NCBI RefSeq assembly: GCF_000015145.1
Contig: NC_008818.1
Location: 750,001-782,000 of the forward strand
Length of the DNA: 32,000 nucleotides
Direction of reading: 5' to 3'
Origin: Hyperthermus butylicus DSM 5456
Lineage (GTDB): Archaea > Thermoproteota > Thermoprotei_A > Sulfolobales > Pyrodictiaceae
Shown: piece after piece, positions 25,328-32,000 of the stretch
How positions within the stretch are numbered: position 1 is the stretch's first letter
Layout of the letters: every line of letters starts with the position of its first letter
The notes under the pieces: generated by a model
What the model saw: the letters and a program-made list of their open reading frames with translations, nothing else
What the model was told of the DNA's origin: nothing
Databases searched by the model: none
Program-made: the position numbers and the translations under genes

Positions 25328-25990
25328 CTAGGCGAGGCCTTCTCCGCCGCGGCGACGGGCTAGGCGACGCTTGAGCGTCTTCAGCCTTACAACCTCTTCT
25401 CTCATACGGTCGTCCAATACTAGCTTGATGTACTTTATACTGGACTCGTAGCTAGGTATGATGCTATAGTCTAGGGCGTTGAGCAGCCTCTGGGTCTCCT
25501 TTAGCTCCCTCAGCAGCTTCCTTAGCGCAGCCTCGGACTCCACAACTCGTATAAGGTCTTCGAGCGCCTCGAGCATTTTCCTCCTAGCTTCATACACCCT
25601 TGCTGGCAACCTTACAGCGGAGATAGCAGCCTCTGGCACCGTCTCCTTGCGCAGCCGGAAGCCTGGCGTCTTAACCGCGAATAGCACACGCTCGTACACT
25701 GATAGTCTTAGGCTCTCAGGTAGCCTCTCAATAATTGGCTTTGCCTGCTCGAGCCCACCAACAGCTGCTAGAGCCATAAAGAACTCTCCGTAGGCTTCCG
25801 CTAGCCGGCGGGCTGCCTCCTGGTAAGCTCTCTGATAATCGGCGCCAACCTGCCTTATGTAGAGGAGTAGTACGTCACGCTTCTCCTCAATAACCTTCCT
25901 TATTCTACGGAGCGTTGCTAGCTCGCGGCGGAGCCTGATAAGGTTAATCTTTGTTGGCAGTACTCGAGAGCCACCGAACTGTAGTGACAA
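25328..25990 (-). CDS. atpD: A/V-type ATPase subunit D
   Basis: 'VLPTKINLIRLRRELATLRRIRKVIEEKRDVLL' is the canonical subunit D N-terminus. The protein is coiled-coil rich. The TTG start lies 3 nt after the atpB stop. Confidence 0.9.
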   Translation of the reverse strand: MSLQFGGSRVLPTKINLIRLRRELATLRRIRKVIEEKRDVLLLYIRQVGADYQRAYQEAARRLAEAYGEFFMALAAVGGLEQAKPIIERLPESLRLSVYERVLFAVKTPGFRLRKETVPEAAISAVRLPARVYEARRKMLEALEDLIRVVESEAALRKLLRELKETQRLLNALDYSIIPSYESSIKYIKLVLDDRMREEVVRLKTLKRRLARRRGGEGLA

Positions 25991-25993
25991 GCG

Positions 25994-27442
25994 CTACTTC
26001 CCTCCGCTGCTCTGGCTCTGCTTCTTGCGGTACTTGGGGTGGTATTTCCTGATGTACTCGTCCTTGATCTTGTATAGCTCTGATTCTGGCAGTATTGATA
26101 GGATTTCCCATGCTAGGTCTAGCGTCTCCTCGATGCTGCGATTCTCGTAGAAGCCCTGCTTTAGGAATCTCTGCTCGAAGGCCTCGCCGAACCTTAGGTA
26201 CTTGCGATCTACCTCGCTCAGGCTCTCCTCGCCCACAATGGCTGCGAGGCTCCTCAGCTCAACAGCCCTGCTGTAAGCAGTGTATAGCTGGTCAGAGACG
26301 TTTGCATGGTCCTCTCTGGTCTTGCCAGGGCCTATACCCTCTTTCATGAGCCTCGAGAGGCTCATGAGCACGTTTATTGGCGGGTAGATGCCCCTGTTGT
26401 GCAGTTCTCTGCTGAGCACTATCTGGCCCTCGGTAATGTAGCCTGTTAGGTCTGGTATCGGGTGTGTTATGTCGTCGTTGGGCATTGTTAGGATGGGCAT
26501 CTGGGTTATGCTGCCCTTCCTGCCGTGGGCTCTGCCGGCTCTCTCGTATATGCTTGCTAGGTCGCTGTACATGTAGCCTGGGTAGCCCTGCCTGCCGGGC
26601 ACCTCTTCACGTGCCGCGCTTATCTCACGCAGGGCCTCACAGTAGTTAGTCATGTCTGTAAGTATGACTAGGACATGCATGCCTAGATCGAATGCTAGGT
26701 GCTCTGCTAGTGTCAAGGCTACCCTCGGCGTGATTAGGCGAACGCTAGCAGGCTCGTCTGCAAGGTTGATGAACAGCGCCGCTCTCTTTATGGCGCCTGT
26801 CTCCTCGAAGAACCTCTTGAAGAATATTGCCTCATCATACATTACGCCTATTGCTGCGAATACTACGGCGAACTCCTCGCCGCTACGCACAGTTGCCTGC
26901 CTTGCTATCTGTACGGCGAGCTTGTTGTGTGGGAGACCGCTGCCGCTGAATATTGGCAGCTTCTGGCCTCTGACCATGGTGTTCATGCCGTCTATGGCTG
27001 AAATACCTGTCTGAATGAAGTCCTCTGGGTAGGCTCTCGCCGCGGGGTTTAGGGGCTCGCCATTGATGTCGCGGCGTACACCACTGGTTATCGGTGGACC
27101 ACCATCTATGGGATCTCCGAGGCCGTTAAACACTCTGCCTAGCATCTCGTCGGAGACCTTTATCTCTAGCGTCCTGCCGAGGAACCGTACCTTTGTACCA
27201 GTCACCGAAATGCCAGTAGTGCCCTCAAACACCTGGACTACAGCATAGCCCCGCGCTGTCTCGAGAACCCTACCCCTCCTCCGCTCGCCGCTCGGCAGCT
27301 CAACCTCTACAATCTCGTCGTAGGCTGCATCGCTTATACCCTCAACTATGAGTAGTGGACCCCTAACCTCCCTAATCGTCTCATACTCCCTTATCACAGG
27401 TGAAGGACCCATAGCAGCCTCCATAGCTCGACCCCTCATCAA
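25994..27442 (-). CDS. atpB: A/V-type ATPase subunit B (non-catalytic)
   Basis: '[18 protein letters not shown]', 'FSGSGLPHN', '[22 protein letters not shown]' and 'IYPPINVL' are present. Confidence 0.95.
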
Positions 27443-27482
27443 CCAGAGGCGGGTGAGGGATAAAAGACCCCGACTAGGCTGC

Positions 27483-29288
27483 CTATGTTGCTGCTGATGC
27501 TCTACCAGCCTTAGCCTCTATCAGCTCTTGGAGTGCCTGGAGTAGCTCTTGCTTGAGCTTGTCAAGCTTTTCTAGTTGGTCGTTTGGCACGTTATATCTT
27601 GCCAGGATGAGTTCTCGTATCTTCGGGGCTAGCTTTTCACGTATCTCCTTCACCGTTACGCCACGCTTTATCGCCTCTAGAGCTGCGTGGTAGAAGTCTA
27701 TGATTGTCTCTAGCTGCTTCCACTGCTTCTGGGGCGTAGCGAAGGCGTCTACTGGGTCGAACGCGTTCTGCTGCAGGAATCCTGTCTTGATAATGTTTGC
27801 AATCTCTAGTATCAGCTTGTCCTTCTCGCTTAGGCCCTCTGTACCAACGAGGCGGACTATCTCTCGCAGCTCGTCCTCGCGGAGGAGTATCTCGTAGGCC
27901 TCGTTGCGGTATTCTAGCCACTTGGGGCTTATGTTCTCGTGCCACCACTTAGCTACCGTCTCAACGTAAGCTGAGTAGCTTACTAGCCAGTTTATGGCTG
28001 GGTAGTGCCTGCTATACGCTAGCCTTGCGTCCAGAGCCCAGAACACCCTTATGAACCTCTTGGTGTTGGCTGTTACCGGCTCTGTGAAGTCGCCACCTGG
28101 CGGCGATACCGCGCCAACGATGGTTACGCTGCCGAGCCTCTCTGGCCGGCCGGGCACCTTCACCCTACCGGCACGGGCGTAGAACTCTGCAAGCCTTGAT
28201 GCCAGATAGCTTGGGTAGCCCTCCTCTGCGGGCATCTCCTCTAGACGACCAGCAATCTCACGTAGCGCCTCAGCCCAGCGACTTGTAGAGTCAGCTACTA
28301 GCAGAACATCGTAGCCCATGTCTCTGTAGTACTCTGCAAGCGTTATGCCTGTGTAGATGCTTGCCTCTCTAGCTGCTACTGGCATGTTGCTAGTGTTGGC
28401 GATGAGTATGGTACGCTCCATCATTGGCTTGCCGGTCCATGGGTCGGTTAGCTTGGGGAACGTCTCCAGGACCTCCGTCATCTCATTACCGCGTTCGCCA
28501 CAGCCAATGTATATGACTACCTTTGCAGCACTCCACTTTGCCAGGCTCTGAAGGGTGACGGTCTTACCGCTGCCGAAGGGGCCTGGTATAGCGCCAGTAC
28601 CACCCTTAGCCATGGGGAACATTGTGTCTATAACTCTCATACCGGTAATCAGCGGCTCAACCGGCTCCAGCTTCTCGATTATTGGTCTCGCTCTGCGCAC
28701 CGGCCAGCGGTGATACATCTTTAGCTCTATCTCCTTGCCGTCAGCCTCGACTACTGCTATTACATCCTCGACCGTGTAGTCGCCCTCAGAGGCTAGCCAC
28801 TTTAGCCTGCCATGCACGTCAGGCGGTACGAGCACCTTGTGGGTTATGAGGCTTGTCTCCTGGACCTCGCCGAGGACGTCGCCGCCAGAGACCTTGTCGC
28901 CGGGCTTGAGCGTTGTGTTCGGCTTGAAGTGCCACTTTCTGCTACGATCAAGGGCGTCTACCTTCACGCCACGCCTAACGAATATGCTCTTGGTTACCTC
29001 ACGTATAACGTCTAATGGGCGCTGGATACCATCGTATATCCTGCCTATGAGGCCTGGACCCAGCTCGACGCTTAGTGGCGAACCAGTACCATAGACTGGC
29101 TCGCCGGGCTTGAGGCCAGTGGTGGACTCGTATACCTGGATGTAGGCCTTGTCGCCGACCACTCTGTTAACCTCGCCTATCAGCCGTTCCTCGCCTACCT
29201 CAACCATCTCGTACATCTGTATGCCCTCCATACCCTCGGCTACGACTAACGGGCCTGCTACACGGATGATTCTGCCCTTAACCGGCAA
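27483..29288 (-). CDS. atpA: A/V-type ATPase catalytic subunit A
   Basis: Walker A 'GPFGSGKTV', '[10 protein letters not shown]' and '[20 protein letters not shown]' are present. 601 aa, with no intein-sized insertion. TTG start. Confidence 0.95.
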
Positions 29289-29328
29289 GGCTTACCCTGC
29301 ACCCCTCACATTACTGTCCAAGTGGGGG

Positions 29329-29952
29329 TTATTGGTTGAGCACCTCCAGTACGCGTGCCCGCGCCTCTTCGAGGGCGGGGGCGAGTATAACTTCTAGCCT
29401 ATAGTCTAGGGTTAGCCCCGCCTCTACAGCCCTCACCGTGAAGCCGCCAGCGCCTTCAACGGCCTCTCCCACCTCGACCTCTATACCCTTCTCAGCCGCT
29501 ACCCTAGGGGCTAGCTCTGCTACTATGGCCTGGTCGGGTCTAGCCGGATGAACTATGACTCTCCTCGACCGTCTGGAGGCCGTCTCGAGAGCCGAGTCGA
29601 GGAGCCTCTTGATAAACTCCTTATAGGCTTCAAGACCCACGTACTCCCTTAGCCTTTGGAGAGCCACGGACATTATTTCCTCGACTGCCTTAGCTCTTAT
29701 CTCTGCTAGGCGCTTACGCAGCTCAACCTCCCTCTTAGCAGTATAGGCTTGTACCTGCTCCTCCGCTTCACGCAGTGCACGCCTAAGCTCCGACTCTAGC
29801 TTCGATGCTGACTCCTCGTATGCCCTCTCAACTATCTTCCTAGCCGCCTCAAGGGCCTCCCTAACCCTAGACTCGACATGCTCAGCTATGCTCGAGACCA
29901 ACTGCTCTGCGAACCTTGAAGGGTCACCCACTATGCGCACACTAGACGTCAT
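29329..29952 (-). CDS. atpE: A/V-type ATPase subunit E (peripheral stalk)
   Basis: A long N-terminal charged helix ('REALEAARKIVERAYEESASKLESELRRALREAEEQV') plus a C-terminal globular part 'GGFTVRAVEAGLTLDYRLE'. Its position between atpF and atpA fits. Confidence 0.8.
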   Translation of the reverse strand: MTSSVRIVGDPSRFAEQLVSSIAEHVESRVREALEAARKIVERAYEESASKLESELRRALREAEEQVQAYTAKREVELRKRLAEIRAKAVEEIMSVALQRLREYVGLEAYKEFIKRLLDSALETASRRSRRVIVHPARPDQAIVAELAPRVAAEKGIEVEVGEAVEGAGGFTVRAVEAGLTLDYRLEVILAPALEEARARVLEVLNQ

Positions 29953-29956
29953 AGTG

Positions 29957-30265
29957 TCACCCCATTCCGAGCGCTCTGAGGAGCTCCTTCTGGACGTCTA
30001 GAGGTTTTCCGGGCTCGCGGAGGGTGGGTAGCCTGGAGACGACGATGGAGGGGTTTGCCTTCTCAAGGGTCTCTATGTCTCCAGCTAGCTCGTCGTACAG
30101 CTCGGCTGAGACAAAAACTATGGCCACATCCCTCCTAGACTGTAGGCTGCGTAGCACACCACGCGCCTCCTCAGCGTTGCCCACAGGGTAGCCCTCGACG
30201 CCAAGCATTCTGAAGGCATAGACTGTATAGGGATCAGCAATGACTATCAGTTTCCTCTCAGCCAA
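29957..30265 (-). CDS. atpF: A/V-type ATPase subunit F
   Basis: 102 aa. 'KLIVIADPYTVYAFRMLGVEGYPV ... VAIVFVSAELYDEL' is the typical subunit F Rossmann-like pattern. Confidence 0.85.
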   Translation of the reverse strand: MAERKLIVIADPYTVYAFRMLGVEGYPVGNAEEARGVLRSLQSRRDVAIVFVSAELYDELAGDIETLEKANPSIVVSRLPTLREPGKPLDVQKELLRALGMG

Positions 30266-30304
30266 GACTGGCTCTCCTAGACGGAGCGGCGCTGGGAGCT
30301 AGTA

Positions 30305-30311
30305 TTTATAA
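30305..30311. promoter_or_regulatory. TTTATAA box between divergent atpF (start 30265) and atpI (start about 30394-30403)
   Basis: This is the only AT-rich element in the 130-nt divergent spacer. It lies about 40 nt upstream of atpF. Its near-palindromic sequence could serve both directions. Confidence 0.4.
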
Positions 30312-30402
30312 TTGCAGCAAGCCTTGAAGCTTTCCAGGCCGGGACCCCATTCAGCCGGGTAAGGCTGCTAATGTCCCCACTAGCTGGGTGGCGGTGTCGG
30401 CT

Positions 30403-32000
30403 ATGCAGGCCTCGCTGCTCGTAGCCCAAGCCACCGTCGAGGTCATAGTCGGAGTTCCCCGCGGCGAGTACGCTAGGACTGTTAAGGCTCTGGCTGAGAG
30501 CAGTGTATTCCACCCCGAGCCCCTGGAAGGTATTGTTGCCCACGAGGTTAGGAGGCTCCGCAATGAGCTGGAGGCTGTGGCAGAGCGGCTCCGGCAGGCT
30601 GCCACTGTCGCCGGTGTTGCTGCCGGCGGAGAGGCTGTGGTGAGGATTAAGAGTAGCAGTGATGCTGGGTTATCGGAGCTGCTACGCGAGCTATCCACGC
30701 TAGCGTCAAGCGTGTCTGAACTCGTGGAGAAGCTAGCACAGCTCCAGAACCCCGAATCCGAGCTCTCTAAGAAGCTCCGCATCCTACAGTACTACGCGTT
30801 CATAGATGTTGACCTAGAGAGGCTTACTAGAAGCCGCCACGTTAGAGCCAAGGTGTATCGCATACCGCTAGGTTTCGCCGAGGAGTTCATCGCTGAGCTG
30901 TCAAGGGTCGAGGGTGTTGTAGTAGCCTACACCGACGGCATTGAGCCAGGCTACATGACTATCGTAGTAGTATACCCTGCCAGGCTCGAAACCGAGGTTG
31001 GCAAGGTTGCGCTACGACACCGCGCCGAGCCCCTAGAGATACCGGAAGACTGGCCACGGATCCCTGCGCGCGCCGTGGAGAGGGCTAGGAGGGAGCTAGA
31101 GGAGCTGCCGCGCCGCATAGGCGAGTACCGGCCACAGATTCTCCGCGCACTAACAGCTGTAGAGGCTGCTGTGAAACTACTCAGGCTACTGGAAGCCACC
31201 AAGTTTACGAGGACCGCAGCCTTCATCCACGGCTACGTTGATCCATCCCAGCTCGACAGGCTAGAGGAACAACTCCAGGACATAGGCGTCAAGGGCTTTG
31301 TGATCCTGGTACGAGAGGAGAGCCACCGCCACGGAAAACCCGGCCACGGCGAGGAGGAGCACGAAGCTAAGAGGACGCCGAGCTTCTACCGGGTAACAAA
31401 GCTGCTAGCACCCTTCGCCGACCTTCTCTCGATGTCTGGGCATCCCCGGCCGGGTGAGGTCGTACCAGTTGTATTGATGGCTATAACGCTCCCAGTAATC
31501 TATGGCCTCATGTTCCCCGACCTGGGCCACGGCCTGGTACTACTACTCGCCGGCTACTACCTGTTCTATAAGAGGATGGGCAACGTCAACCTTGGCAGAC
31601 TGGTAATGTACTTCGGTATCGCCGCAATGGTAACTGGATTCCTGGCTGGTGAGTTCTTCGGCCCCCACCCCGTTGTCGCCGGCTGGCTCTCAGAGGGTAT
31701 ATGGCATGGCCACCCACCGCTTGCTAGCCCCCTCCACGAGTTCGTAACAAAGCCCGCCGAGGAAGCTGCCGAAGCTGCAGTCCCGCTACTGTTCAACGCG
31801 ATATACTTGTCACTGCTCATTGGAGCACTAGTAATGACCGTCTCCTCGCTAATATCGATTGTCAATGGCGTACTGCTTGGCGACCGCGAGGTGCTAGTAG
31901 CGAGTATCGGGAAAACCCTCATCTTCGGCTCGATACTACTAGCATTAACCCTCGGTGCAGCCGCTGGAGCTGGAGCCGCAGTACTAGAGAGAGCTGCTGG
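30403..32000 (+). CDS. atpI: A/V-type ATPase subunit I (membrane a-subunit), 3'-partial; it runs off the window and is therefore absent from the ORF track
   Basis: My own translation of the + strand gives an N-terminal cytosolic domain, then 'LPVIYGLMFPDLGHGLVLLLAGYYLF' and 'MYFGIAAMVTGFLAGEFFG', typical of subunit I. The frame is open from the stop at 30325-30327 to position 32000. Candidate starts are GTG 30388, GTG 30394 and ATG 30403. Confidence 0.85.
   Translation, partial: MQASLLVAQATVEVIVGVPRGEYARTVKALAESSVFHPEPLEGIVAHEVRRLRNELEAVAERLRQAATVAGVAAGGEAVVRIKSSSDAGLSELLRELSTLASSVSELVEKLAQLQNPESELSKKLRILQYYAFIDVDLERLTRSRHVRAKVYRIPLGFAEEFIAELSRVEGVVVAYTDGIEPGYMTIVVVYPARLETEVGKVALRHRAEPLEIPEDWPRIPARAVERARRELEELPRRIGEYRPQILRALTAVEAAVKLLRLLEATKFTRTAAFIHGYVDPSQLDRLEEQLQDIGVKGFVILVREESHRHGKPGHGEEEHEAKRTPSFYRVTKLLAPFADLLSMSGHPRPGEVVPVVLMAITLPVIYGLMFPDLGHGLVLLLAGYYLFYKRMGNVNLGRLVMYFGIAAMVTGFLAGEFFGPHPVVAGWLSEGIWHGHPPLASPLHEFVTKPAEEAAEAAVPLLFNAIYLSLLIGALVMTVSSLISIVNGVLLGDREVLVASIGKTLIFGSILLALTLGAAAGAGAAVLERAA

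Noticed and set aside
25994-29288. An intein or other insertion in ATPase subunits A or B.
   Set aside because: The lengths (601 and 482 aa) and the uninterrupted conserved motifs are normal for intein-free subunits.
1-32000. A CRISPR array or cas genes that might accompany the CARF protein.
   Set aside because: No series of regularly spaced direct repeats of 24-37 nt is visible anywhere in the window. No Cas-like ORFs other than the CARF protein were recognised.

Overview
The window looks like a chromosomal segment of a GC-rich hyperthermophilic crenarchaeon. By inference it is Desulfurococcales or Aeropyrum-like, based on archaeal-only genes, many TTG/GTG starts and Arg/Glu/Val/Leu-rich proteins. 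No database search was possible. Most of it is housekeeping: a NOL1/NOP2/Sun RNA methyltransferase, a GT2 glycosyltransferase, Pth2, ThrC, a SufS-type cysteine desulfurase, a TsaC/YrdC-domain protein, a thioredoxin-like protein, a LysE-like exporter, an HtpX-like M48 protease, an HD-domain phosphohydrolase, ribosomal protein S26e, a TrmY-like SPOUT methyltransferase, archaeal-type ProRS, DtdA, and an A/V-type ATPase cluster (atpF-E-A-B-D on the minus strand, atpK separated from it, atpI divergent and running off the window end). I found no rRNA, tRNA, CRISPR array or transposase. The points worth a second look are these. (1) An orphan CARF + winged-helix protein of the Cas_APE2256 type lies directly downstream of pth2 with no cas genes or array in the window. 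(2) A 945-aa membrane-anchored protein combines a long Ala/Glu coiled coil with a transglutaminase-like Cys-His-Asp core and is followed by a DUF1464/ASKHA ATPase. (3) The left-end islet (1-3224) holds an ORFan, an AT-rich repeat tract, vapBC and a truncated, frameshifted LivF-type ABC-ATPase remnant, which together look like an integration or deletion scar. (4) Several conserved genes have disrupted reading frames: proS, sufS, the GT2 C-terminus and possibly a small membrane gene. Assembly error is the most economical explanation, but essential proS would otherwise be split, so this needs checking. Nothing here can be shown from sequence alone to be a new system. The CARF locus and the transglutaminase/ASKHA pair are the best candidates.
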